From Felis catus (Eukaryota): DNA of 64,000 bases. The notes under the pieces were generated by a model that had not been told where the DNA came from, did no database searches, and saw only the letters and a program-made list of their open reading frames with translations. Made by a program: the position numbers and the translations under genes. The stretch is taken from assembly GCF_018350175.1 (NCBI RefSeq), contig NC_058368.1, positions 54,128,001 through 54,192,000 on the forward strand, read 5' to 3'. This document shows, piece by piece, positions 21,735 to 33,236 of the stretch. Numbering within the stretch: the stretch's first letter is position 1; each line of letters starts with the position of its first letter.

Positions 21735-23767
21735 CCATATTTCATCAATTCTAAGACACATTTTTTAAAAAACATTTTAACATCTTTGAAGACAGCGTTC
21801 TTCTAAAGATGGAAAACATCTTAGAAATTGTTTTACTCATGAAAACGTTGTAACTACCTGCATGAAATTGATCCCTAACTCCTTTCTTGGAACTTTATGG
21901 TAAGCTACAGAAAGCATGAAAATGTACAGTATGAAGGTCAGTGTCATGGAAGAAAATTCTTGAGACAATGGTGGTGTGCTCTCTTAAGGAATGTGCAAGA
22001 TGCCCATCTTCATGTCACAAAACAGTCCTTTGTAGAAAGTCATAGATTATCAATGAGGCTCAATCAAATTGTGATTTAGAAGACCAGCTTCTGACTGCGG
22101 AATAGTTTGAAATACCTTTAGTGATGTATTTTTTTAATATGAAATTTATAGTCAAATTGGTTTCCATACAACACCCAGTGCTCATCCCAACAGGTGCCCT
22201 CCTCAATGCCCATCACCCACCCTCCTCTCCCTCCCACCCTCCATCAACCCTCAGTTTATTCTCAGTTTTTAAGAGTCTCTTATGTTTTGGCTCCCTCTCT
22301 AACCTTTTTTTTTTTTCTTTTCCTTCCCCTCCCCCATGGTCTTCTGTTAAGTTTCTCAGGATCCACACAGGAGTGAAAACATATGGTATCTGTCTTTCTC
22401 TGTATGACTTATTTCACTTAGCATAACACTCTCCAGTTCCATCCATGTTGCTACAAAAGGCCAGATTTCATTCTTTCTCATTGCCATGTAGTACTCCATT
22501 GTGTATATACACCACAATTTCTTTATCCATTTGTCAGTTGATGGGCATTTAGGCTCTTTCCATAATTTGGCTATTGTTGAAAGTGCTGCTATAAACATTG
22601 GGGTACAAGTGCCCCTATGCATCAGCATTCCTGTATCCCTTGGGTCCATTCCTAGCAGTGCTATTGCTGGGTCATAGGATAGATCTATTTTTAATTTTTT
22701 GAGGAACCTCCACACTGTTTTCCAGAGCGGCTGTACAAGTTTGCATTCCCACCAACAGTGCAAGAGGGTTCCCGTTTCTCCACGTCCTCGCCAGCATCTA
22801 TAGTCTCCTGATGTGTTCATTTTGGCCTCTCTGACTGGCGTGAGGTGATATCTGAGTGTGGTTTTGATTTGTATTTCCCTGATAAGAAGTGACGTTGAGC
22901 ACCTTTTCATGTGCCTGTTGGCCATCTGCATGTCTTCTTTAGAGAAGTGTCGATTCATGTTTTCTGCCCATTTCTTCACTGTATTATTTGTTTTTCAGGT
23001 GTGGAGTTTGGTGAGTTCTTTATAGATTTTGGATACTAGCCCTTTGTCCGATATGTCATTTGCAAACATCTTTTCCCATTCTGTCGGCTGCTTTTTAGTT
23101 TTGTTGATTGTTTCCTTTGCAGTGCAGAAGCTTTTTATCTTGATGAGGTCCCAAGAGTTCATTTTTGCTTTTAATTCCCTTGCCTTTGGAGATGTGTCAA
23201 GTAAGAAATTGCTGTGGCTGAGGTCAGAGAGGGTTTTTCCTGCTTTCTCCTCTAGGGTTTTGATGGTTTCCTGTGTCACATTCAGGTCCTTTATCCATTT
23301 TGAGTTTGTTTTTGTGAATGGTGTAAGAAAGTGGTTTAGTTTCATTCTTCTGCACGTTGCTGTCCAGAATGTTCTCTCAGCACCATTTGTTAATGAGACT
23401 GTCTTTTTTCCATTCGATATTCTTTCCTGCTTTGTCAAAGATTAGCTGGCTATACTTTTGTGGGTCCAATTCTGGAGTCGCTATTCTAGTTACATGGTCT
23501 ATGTCTCTATTCTTGGTCTATGTGTCTGTTTTTGTGCCATTTACTGATGTATTTTGATGACACATTCCTTTTTTATATATGCACAAGAGTAAAATACAAT
23601 AAAAATCTGTATCTGAGTCTAAAAGAGGTCTTCCAATAAATGTAGAAATTCCATAGGATGAAAAAGCATTGTGTCATAGATTAATTGGAAGCACTTTTTT
23701 TCTTAGTGGTATATAATATAATGGTGCTTCTTACAATCAATTATGTGTTAGATGCAATGATATAAAG
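21735..23767 (+). mobile_element. Kanga1-like TcMar-Tc2 DNA transposon relic (21735-22132 and 23540-23767) split by L1
   Basis: Left end ccatatttcatcaattctaagacac. Right end cttagtggtatataatataatggtgcttcttacaatc...ttagatgcaatgatata. Transposase-like remnant WKKILETMVVCSLKEC at 21947-21994. Confidence 0.75.
22133..23539 (-). mobile_element. Feline L1 (L1_Fc-like), 5'-truncated, about 1.4 kb, ORF2 disrupted
   Basis: ORFs 22995-23438 and 22356-22979 are the ORF2 C-terminus (...[25 protein letters not shown]). 16-bp TSD ttta(g/c)tgatgtatttt at 22117-22132 and 23540-23555. Confidence 0.98.
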
Positions 23768-23871
23768 TAATTAATATGTATATTTAAATTAACAAATCAC
23801 AACTTTATTTATTATATTTGAAGTGATAATAAAAGAACCCTTTACTGTTCCTGTTAAAGAAAATCCAACTT

Positions 23872-24097
23872 GGGGCGCCTGGGTGGCGCAGTCGGTTAAG
23901 TGTCCGACTTCAGCCAGGTCACGATCTCACAGTCCGTGAGTTCGAGCCCCGCGTCGGGCTCTGGGCTGATGGCTCAGAGCCTGGAGCCTGTTTCCGATTC
24001 TGTGTCTCCTTCTCTCTCTGTCCCTCCCCCGTTCATGCTCTGTCTCTCTCTGTCCCCAAAATAAATAAACGTTGAAAAAAAAATTAAAAAAAAAAAA
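23872..24097 (+). mobile_element. Young feline SINEC_Fc
   Basis: CpG-rich body, long A tail, perfect 15-bp TSD aaagaaaatccaact at 23856-23870 and 24098-24112. Confidence 0.98.
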
Positions 24098-24119
24098 AAA
24101 GAAAATCCAACTGTTCACT

Positions 24120-25200
24120 GAAAAAGTTTGGTGACCTCATCATCCATTTTACTCAATGAAGTTTCATGAAGTCTTTCAAAACACAACTTGAAATGATCCA
24201 GCATGAATGCTCAATTTCACCACATCGAATTCAAAACCAAATACACATTTTACAAGGCTCATGTCTAGATTGTGATTATCATCGGCATCATCAATCTCAT
24301 ATTTTCTTTTTAATGTTTTTGATGACTTTTTAGAAGTTTTTTGTGATAACAGCACTCCAGTGGCAGTAAAGATAATTTGAGGCCCAATTCATGATGTATT
24401 ATTGGGAAGATTTCGAATGGCAGGTGTAGCAACATGGGTGATTTTATAGTTGTAAGCTACTGTCTTACTTGCTCTCAGAAGGATATATCTTAGAAAATAA
24501 TTATTATCAGTTTACCACTTTAGTTGAGGCCAATGTGCATTATGGATTTGGTGTACTTAGGCTGGAAGTGTTGGGGCTGCTTGAAACCAAGCCTATAGTT
24601 AATAAAGGAACATTCTTCAGAAGTAGCTGACTTTTGGTAAGGACTTAAATATACAGTTCAATGCATAAACACCATCTGTCACACTGCAATCTAGGTCATG
24701 AGTATGGCTTTATTAATGCCAAATGGGTTTGATATTTTTGCTCTGAAATATATAATAAATAATCATTTGAGAGGAAAGGTAAAAGTTTGGCCAAAGTAAC
24801 AACTTTGATTTGCCAATTTAACTTGATTGCCAATCACACATTATCAACATTAGCAGTAGTTTCCTTAGTGATACTTGGCTACCTTTTTGCATGATATGAA
24901 ATGTGGTCACGTATTGAAAGAAACATTCCAACATCTAATTTATAATTGTTGGCTTCTATTCTCTGATTACCATATGCTTCAGGATTTATACTATCATCTG
25001 CAAGTTTTGGCATGCTCTCGGGAGATGTCATTTTAGCAGAATCCATGATAGCAAGTGATCATACTTCTTTCACTAAGTAACCCACATTCATATATTTTGT
25101 TGCTATTTCAGTGTGACTTTTCCTTCCTATAGTGTATTGATGAGTAAGATGCTGGCTGACAATGTGGTTCATGCAGTGATTAGTAATATATTTTTGGTCT
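24120..25200 (-). mobile_element. Possible ancient hAT (Tip100/Zaphod-like) transposase relic
   Basis: Minus strand 24706-24647 translates HTHDLDCSVTDGVYALNCIF, reminiscent of the TTF zinc-finger 'WLxYSxxxDGxYCxxCxxF' motif. Many stops. Weak evidence. Confidence 0.3.
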
Positions 25201-25399
25201 AAAATATAAACTATTATTTTCTTGTGATTTAATTCTCATTTTAATTACTTTTAGGATAAAACATCTGAACTCTTTTGGAGTCACACTACTTTAGTAAATT
25301 AAGGAATTTGCTTCTGCTTTGGGAACTCTGAAATTAACTTTAACTTTCCACATTGCAAATGAATTATACATTTCCAATTTTTGTATGTAGACCAGTAGA

Positions 25400-26865
25400 T
25401 TTGATGTAGTTGGTACCTGGAAATGGGGTTTTACTCCACAAGCAAATGAAATGTACCAGAAAGGGGGTGGAGACCGGCAGAATTTTGAGGAGCATGATAG
25501 AGAAAGATTAATTTCTTTCAATAGACTGTTAGTTAACAATCTGGATTTGATGACACTGCTCCGTGCGGCTCAGGAGGAAGTGAGGAACATGTTACTGGAA
25601 ACTGGAGAAGGAGGATCCTTGATATCTAGTGCCAGAAAGCTTTGCAAAATTGTTTCTTACGATTACATGTCAAGTAGAACTTACAGGTGAGGACAGCTCC
25701 AAGTAAACTACTGAAGGAGCCACCTGACTTCTTCCTGTTTATAGTAAAAGGTGAGAAGAGAGAGAGAAATTGAGGCAAGGGCTGTGAAACAAAGGAAGCA
25801 GGACTTGATAATCTTGGAAATTCTTAGTCTTCCTCATGGCAAATTGCTTAAATTAAGATATGGCTTCTGAGCAGTGTCGAGAAAGCATGCTTTAGAGAAA
25901 AGGCTGAGGGTGTGGTATTACAACCTTTTGCTAAAAGTCAGAAAGATCAAAAGCACAGAGCATTCAGTCACACAAAGGGACCTTTCGAGAGATTAAGGCT
26001 GCGCCTCACAGATTTTCTCACTCAGACCAGGGAACCTGCCAGAGGTTTTAGGGTGTTGTCTCTCAACCGTATCAGCAGGAGGCTGAGGTAGAGAAGGGTT
26101 TATATAATAAAGATCTGTGGGGTGAACCCCATTAAAATCCAGAGGAGACCTACAAAGTTCCTGAGGAAATTATTTCAACAGAACACTGCCAGCTCGGACT
26201 AACATGGACAGAGAGAATACGAAGTGAAAGCAGGCCGCCAGATCCTCAAAATGCCACAGCAGGAGGCAGGCTGATACTATTACTCAGATGTAGACACATG
26301 TTACTTTTCTTGAAAAGGAAGAGGAACCAAAGCCCAGAAGGTGGAGTCATATTTTACTATACACAAAATGGAAACCATGAGAAAGAGAGGAGAGAGAGAG
26401 AGAGAGAGAGAGAGATTGAGAGATTGCATACTAAAGTTATTTCTAGGCTTCAAATCATAATAAAGGAACTGCCAACATTTTTCCAGCTGGATTTCAGAAC
26501 TGCTATGGATCAATGACTGATTTTTTTTCTTCCATTTTCCCCCTTTTGAATATGAATGTCTATGGCTGTTATCCTATGTCTACTCCACCACTGCACCTTG
26601 GGTATATTGGGGGCAGCTAACTTGTCTCTTTAGTTTCATAGGACCAAAAATGGAGAGAAATTTTGCTCCAAAAGCTGTACTTAAAGGATTATACCTAGGA
26701 GCCTTATCTGTACCTTGCTCTAATTTAGATGATAAGATTTTGGGCACTTAATTGAGTTTATAATAGGATGAGATTCCTGTAGACCTTGAAAGGGAGTGGT
26801 TTTTTTTTTTTTTTTTTTTTTTTTTAATGGAAGAAATTTGAAACATTAGGGGTCACAGGGCAGAC
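25400..26865 (+). mobile_element. MaLR (MLT1) internal sequence
   Basis: ttggtacc.ggaa.tgggg start, then aattttgaggagcatgatagagaaag...ggaaactggagaagga..atccttg motifs. Ends at a purine-rich ...ggggtcacagggcagac|TG junction. Confidence 0.75.
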
Positions 26866-27255
26866 TGTGGTGACAGGATTTAAGGAACCCTACCTGCCCC
26901 CCTCCGCCCTGTCTCCACCACCTGGTATTTATGTCTCTGTTTAATTCTCCTCTGCTTGAGTGTGGACAAGACTTGAAATTTGCTTCTAACCAGGGGAAAG
27001 GAGCAAAAGTGATGGGATGGATAGGGTTGCTTGAACATAATAACATAGAATGTATCACCTGTTTTACTAGGATTTCTCTCACCCTGTTACTTGCTCTGAG
27101 GAGGGAAGCTTTCTCAAATCTTACACCCACAACCTTCCAACAACCTGAGGGAGATTGGAAGTAAATCCTTTCCCAGTTGAGCCTCTCGAAGGCTAACTTA
27201 GCCTTGGCCACAAAAGTTTCGAGGTCATTAGTTTGCCACAACTACAATAGTCAGT
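26866..27255 (+). mobile_element. MLT1-type 3' LTR
   Basis: TG start after the polypurine-like tract; cttgagtgtggacaagacttg...cttctaacca...gcaaaagtgatgggatg...tcccagttgagcctc. Confidence 0.7.
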
Positions 27256-28885
27256 TAATGTTTGTATGTATTTATGAATGAATTGGTCTGCCCATCCATC
27301 CATCCATCCATCCATCTATCCGTCTTTCTTAGCTTTTTCCAGAGCTGGGAAGGAAAGGAATTTGTTTGCTCTCGCTCAATGTTGTGCGACAGGTCAATTT
27401 ATGATTGGGCATCATTCATTTTCTTAGGAGTTACTGGAATTTTGGCTCTGGCCACAGCTGGGAAAAGAGTTCATGGGTGTGCTTGTGTGAATGTGTGTGA
27501 TTTTCAGCTATTTGAGTTAATTTACTGTTGTACAAAGAAGGAAGCAGTTCCCTACAGAGACCTATGAAGAGTTTATGGAAGTTTACTTATTACCTGACCA
27601 ATTGGATGATTAGATTTACCAATAGTCTATTAGGAACCCATTTATTTTCTTTAGTCTTATAAGTGAACAGTAGTATTGTCTATTTTTGAGACCATATGTG
27701 TCTGTCTGCTGAGATCCTTCATGTCCTGGGGTTCCACATATACTACAGTTCTGAGTGTGTGGTTGCCAGGAAAATGGAGGGTGATCAACACACTGTAATT
27801 CGTACAGAGTAAACAGATAATTGAATTCATTAGAGACTTTTTTTGTGTGGATGTTCCCCTGGAAGGACACTAAGAATTGGAAAAACGTCATCATGTTATG
27901 TCCCTGGCCCTGTTTCTGCTCCTTAGTCCACATCTTCTTTGGATCACCATGTCCATACTAATGTGCATGTTGCTGGCATGGTATCATATAAACCTGTGCT
28001 TCCACATACTAGATTTATGATTTTTTTTCCTCATTAGCCTTTATCAATCTTTATTGTTTTGAAAAGATGCTTACACTTTTCTTTAATCCCACTCCTTCTT
28101 ACCCTTTGAGAAAGGCTGCTGATAAGATCTATTACTAAACAGAACCTGAGGTGATATGAACATAACCTAGATTTGAGCAATGTCTGCATGTGGATTGCTT
28201 AATGCTTTCCCATCTACTGTCCCTTTCCTCACCCCTCTCATTTCAGAGTTCAAGAAGCCCCGAAACAGAAAGAGGTCAACTATATCGCACAAGTGTATCT
28301 AGTAAATCAGTAGGTAAAGATCTCATTTGCAGCCTTCTCTTTGGGTCTATGACAAATTCTATACTGTCTCTCATAGCAAATCTATTAGATTTAGAAAAAT
28401 AAGCAGCTCTATGCCAGAAATCTTGCATTCCCCATAAGTGTGAGGAAAGTTACCTCAGATCAAACCTCAGAATTGAGCCTGTGCTTGCCTCCACCACCAA
28501 ATAGCTAGTCTTTGCCAAGAACCTAGTTCCAAATTTTTTCTTAGCTATTTCTCTACATGCTCAAAACAGTTGCACAGTTACTAGGAATAGTGTGACAACT
28601 CACAGGATACAAGAGGAGTGAGGCGAGAGTTGCTAAAACCAGGGCTACACAGCTTTCCTTGAGACGTGGCTGTGTAGAGCTAGCTACCTCAGCATCTCAC
28701 CTCTTTTTAAATATTCATTTAATTTTTTAAAAAGTTAAATTATTTTCTAGTTATGAAAGTTCTATATGCCTGTTCACAGAAGGTTGCAGGAAAATAAGCC
28801 ACTGTAAAGAAACATCCATAATTTTACTACTTACTACTTCACATGTAAATACATTTCCTCCCATGATTTTCTTCAGCCTTTGTAA

Positions 28886-28918
28886 TTTTTTTAAAGCTTT
28901 ATTTATTTTTGACAGAGA

Positions 28919-28951
<33 letters not shown>

Positions 28952-29114
28952 CAAGCAGGGGAGGAACAGAGAGAGGGAGACACAGAATCTGAAGCAGGCT
29001 CCGGGCTCTGAGCTGTGAGCATAGAGCATGACGTGGGGCTTGAACCCACGAACCGCGATATCATGACCTGAGCTGAAGTTGGACGCTTAACTGACTGAGT
29101 CACCCAGGCACCCC
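28886..29114 (-). mobile_element. Can-SINE (SINEC_Fc-like)
   Basis: TSD attttctt(ca/tg)gcctttgtaa at 28866-28885 and 29116-29135. Confidence 0.95.
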
Positions 29115-29159
29115 AATTTTCTTTGGCCTTTGTAAAGATATTTGAAATCAGAGTACTTT

Positions 29160-29651
29160 GCATAGGAACACTTGTACCCCGATGTTTATAGCAGCACTTT
29201 CAACAATAGCCAAATTATGGAAAGAGCCTAAATGTCCATCAACTGATGAATGTAGAAAGAAGATGGGGTTCAAATATACGATGGAATACTGCTTGGCAAT
29301 GAGAAAGAATGCAATCCTGCCATTTGTAGCCACATGGATGGAACTAGAGGGTATTATGTAAGTGAAATAAGTCAGTCAGAGAAAGACAGATACCATATGT
29401 TTTCACTCATATGTGGATCTTGAGAAACTTTACAGAAGACCATGGAAGTAGGGAAGGAGGAAAAAAGTTACAAACAGATAGGGAGGGAGACAAACCATAA
29501 GAGACTCTCAAATGCGGAGAGCAGACTGAGGGTTGATGGGGGTCGGGGGAGAGGGGAAAATGGATGGTGGGCATTGAGGAGGGCACTCGCTGGGATAAGC
29601 ACTGGGTGTTGTATGGAAGCCAATTTAGCAATAAATTATATTAAAAAAGTA
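29160..29651 (+). mobile_element. Feline L1 3' end, about 490 bp
   Basis: ORF 29158-29361 ([27 protein letters not shown]) is ORF2. Perfect 15-bp TSD aaatcagagtacttt at 29145-29159 and 29652-29666. Confidence 0.97.
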
Positions 29652-30110
29652 AAATCAGAGTACTTTTACAATGTTATATGGCCTTAGTTCACTTAACATC
29701 CTATCACAAGTTTTTCCAACCTTATTAAGAAATATTTATACACATATTTTTAATATCTATATTATAGCCCAACATCTTGAAGAAATACTAACTCTTCCTT
29801 AATATGCTGTTCATTTCATCTGGAGAGTCTATTATAACCAAATTTGTAATTATAAGTCCAAGTCCTAATGATGGCTCATGAGACCCTATGTTACCTCATG
29901 TCCAGGTACCTCTCTGAGTTTACCTCCTACTACTCTGCCTCTCTTTATTCTACTCCAGCTTTACTGGATTCTTCCCTGTTTGTTGGCCTGCCAATCTCAC
30001 TATCCCTCCAGCCTTCCCAGCATGTCCTCTGCCGGAAATGCTCCTGAAAAGCTTCATGGCTGGTTTCCTCAGCTCCTCAGGCCTTTACTTGAACTATACC
30101 TTCTCAGTCC

Positions 30111-30900
30111 TTTTTTCTTTTCTTTTCCTTTTTTTAAAGCAGAAGTTAAATTTATTAATATAGACAATGCAGAATTTTTTAAACATTTTTTAACATCTTT
30201 TTTTATTTAAAACATTTTTAATTTTTTAATTAAAAAAATAATTTATTTATTTTTAAATTTATATCCAAGTTAGTTAGCATATAGTGCAACAATCATTTTA
30301 GGAGTAGATTCCTTCATGCCTCTTACCCATTTAGCCCATCCCCCCCTCCCACAACCCCTCCAGCAACCCTCTGTTTGTTCTCCATATTTAAGAGTCTCTT
30401 ATGTTTTGTCCCCCTCCCTGTTTTTATATTATTTTTGCTTCCCTTCCTTTATGTTCATCTGTTTCATATCTTAAAGTCCTCATATGAGTGAAATTATATG
30501 ATATTTGTCTTAATCTGACTAATTTCACTTAGCATAATACCCTCTAGTTTCATCCATGTAGTTGCAAATGGCGAGATTTCATTCTTTTTGATTGCCGAGG
30601 AATACTCCATTGTATATATATACACCACATCTTCTTTATCCATTCATCCATTGATGGACATTTGGGCTCTTTCCATACTTTGGTTATTGCTGATAGTGCT
30701 GCTATAAACAGTGGGGTGCATGTGCCCCTTCGAAACAGCACACCTGTATCCCGTGGATAAATACCTAGTAGTGCAATTGCTGAGTCGTAGGGTAGTTCTT
30801 TTTTTAATTTTTTGAGGAACCTCCATACTGTTTTCCAGAGTGGCTGCACCAGTTTGCATTCCCACCAGCAGTGCAAAAGAGATCCTCTTTCTCCACATCC
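30111..30900 (-). mobile_element. Feline/carnivore L1 3' end with a long composite A-rich tail
   Basis: ORF 30550-30978 contains [25 protein letters not shown]...[17 protein letters not shown]. No convincing TSD. Confidence 0.93.
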
Positions 30901-31004
30901 TATTACTTTATGTATGTATATATGTATGTAGGTATGTATGTATTTTCTACTATTCTTTTCCTTAGTATTTGTCACCATCTAACACTCCTTTAAAATTTGT
31001 TTCC

Positions 31005-31235
31005 AGACTCCTGGGTAGCTCATTGGGTTAAATGTCTGACTTTAGCTCAGGTCATGATCTTGCGGCTGGTGAATTCGAGCCCCGAGTTGGGCTCTGTGCT
31101 GACAGCTAGGAGCCTGGAGTCTGCTTCAGATCTGTGTCTCCATCTCTCTCTCTGCCCCTCCCCTACGCGTGCATGCCCGTGCACACGCTCTCTCTCTCTC
31201 TCTCTCAAAAATAAACAAACATTAAAAAAATTAAA
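31005..31235 (+). mobile_element. Can-SINE
   Basis: SINE body, (CT)n and A tail; flanking tttgtttcc duplicated. Confidence 0.9.
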
Positions 31236-31574
31236 GTTTCTTTGTTTCCTCATATCTATGTCTCCCACCCTCAACTAGAATGGAAAATTCCACAAGGACA
31301 AATGTTTTTATTTACCTCTCTATCCTAGATGCATAGAACAACAGTGTCAGGTTTTTAGTCTTCAGTTAATATGTGTTTAATGAATGAATGCAAAAAATAA
31401 ACATTGCAGCAAATGTGTTTATAAATTGGTCTACCAGCATTATAGGATACTTCCTTAACACAGACTCTTAGGAGTGGAATTACTAGATTTATGATTTATT
31501 ATTCATAATTATTAAACTATCGAGAATGCTTTTGAAAAATACTCAAAATTGATATATACTCATTTAATACTTTC

Positions 31575-31575
31575 C

Positions 31576-31627
<52 letters not shown>

Positions 31628-31748
31628 TTTTTTGTTTTTAAAGAAGATGTATTTATTTGAGTAATCTCTGCATCCAATGTGGGGCTCAAACCTATAATCC
31701 TGAGATCAAGAGTCACATGCTCCACCAATGGAGCCAGCCAGGTGCCCC
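31575..31748 (-). mobile_element. Short tRNA-Lys-like Can-SINE with a (TTTC)n tail microsatellite
   Basis: (TTTC)n at about 31578-31628, then gtaatctctgcatccaatgtggggctc...ccaggtgcccc. Confidence 0.9.
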
Positions 31749-32727
31749 AATGCTTTTATTTTTCAACTGACTCAAAGGAAATTAATTGAGCCTTTTTTAT
31801 TTTATTTTAATTTTTTTGGCTTTTTTCTTTTGAAGGTTCTAGATAATCCAGGTAATGCAAAATGAGTCCCTCCCTTTACCTGATAGAGCAGGTTTGCAAA
31901 ACCATCTATAATTATTATCTTCTCCAGTTTTTTCACTGAGTGATGATTCTCCAGAACATTCATGTGAAACTTTATTGTTAATATATCCTGATACACTATT
32001 ATAAGCATGTCTTTATTAAAAAGAGTATTAGCACTATGGCAGTGTCAGTATTCATGATCTAATTTAGAGCCTTTGAAATACTGGAACCTGAGAAAAATTG
32101 GAACAATTTCTCCTGTAAAAATATATATTTAGGATGATGGGAATATTATTGGTGTTCTTCCAAAAGCAGAAAGTAATATCAGAAATCTTATATTTTAATA
32201 CAACACAATTTTCCCTACTTTGGTTAATTTTGTCTTGGTGCTTTGATTCATATAAATGTAAAAAAAATATTTGAAACAAGAACAGGTTTCAAACTATTTG
32301 GTAGTACATTATCGGAATGCTTGTTAACACATACCTAGCAACCCACACCCTTCAGTATTCTGCTGCATTTATCTGAAAATTTCTGGAAAATTTCTTAGAG
32401 CCTGAACTTTAAAAAAATTTTTTTAAATGAATTTTCTTAATCAACAAATGTGTGACCAACTCTGCTGTAGGTTGGAGGTAATGTGGTTACTTATGTAAAA
32501 CCTTAATCCATTAATTCCTTTATGTTCTCAGATTAACTTGTATGGACTATAGCCCAGTTTCATATTCTTATTTCCTAATACTTTTGTAAGTATTTGAAAT
32601 ACAGTTCCAGGTTCTCTTGTCACTGAGCAAGGTTAAAGAGTTTTCTACCTTTGAGTGATAACTACTTCTTTTCTTTCTCCTCCTTCTCTTCTCCGCCCTC
32701 TTTCTTCTGTACACACACGTAGGACAC

Positions 32728-32730
<3 letters not shown>

Positions 32731-32768
<38 letters not shown>

Positions 32769-32779
32769 ACACACACACA
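32731..32779. repeat. (CA)n microsatellite
   Basis: Read directly; one interruption. Confidence 0.97.
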
Positions 32780-32851
32780 TTTGTTATATTTGGGTAGATA
32801 CCATATCAACACTGGGAACTTCTCAACTAACTTCGGTAGTAAAAACTTTTC

Positions 32852-33042
32852 AGGGCTCCTGGATGGCTCAGTTGGGTATGCATCTAACTCTCGACCTCAG
32901 CTCGGGGCATGATCCCATGGCGTACGAATTCCAGCTGTGTCAGCTCTGACCGCATAGGGCCTCTTTGGGATTCTCTCTCCCTCTCTTTCTGCCCCTCCTC
33001 TGCTCTCTCTTTCTGAAAAACAAATAAACATTAAAAAAAACC
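32852..33042 (+). mobile_element. Can-SINE (diverged)
   Basis: gggctcctggatggctcagttggg...gcccctcctctgctctctc...aataaacattaaaa. Confidence 0.88.
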
Positions 33043-33236
33043 CAAAACTATTCATCTTACTTGATATCACTGATATGTTAAAATAATTGTTCCTGAGTAA
33101 GCATGTGAACCCTTGAGGTGAATTTGCCTTTCTGATGAGCCTATTACCATTTCACTGAGCTCCTCTTTCCTTGGATCTCCAAAATGGTGAGGAATTATTA
33201 TTCATCCTCACTCTTGTTGTGCAGATAAGTTGACTC

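Larger units (their letters stand above)
29850..31390 (+). mobile_element. L2 3' region (29850-30110, 30955-31004, 31236-31390) interrupted by an L1 and a SINE
   Basis: Pyrimidine-rich body, then actagaatggaaaattccacaagg...tatcctag..gcatagaaca..gtgtc...aatgaatgaatg, the L2 terminus. Confidence 0.75.

Noticed and set aside
12174..23555. Segmental or tandem duplication explaining the two similar 1.4-kb blocks
   Set aside because: Similarity stops at the L1 ends. The flanks and TSDs differ, and so do the truncation points.
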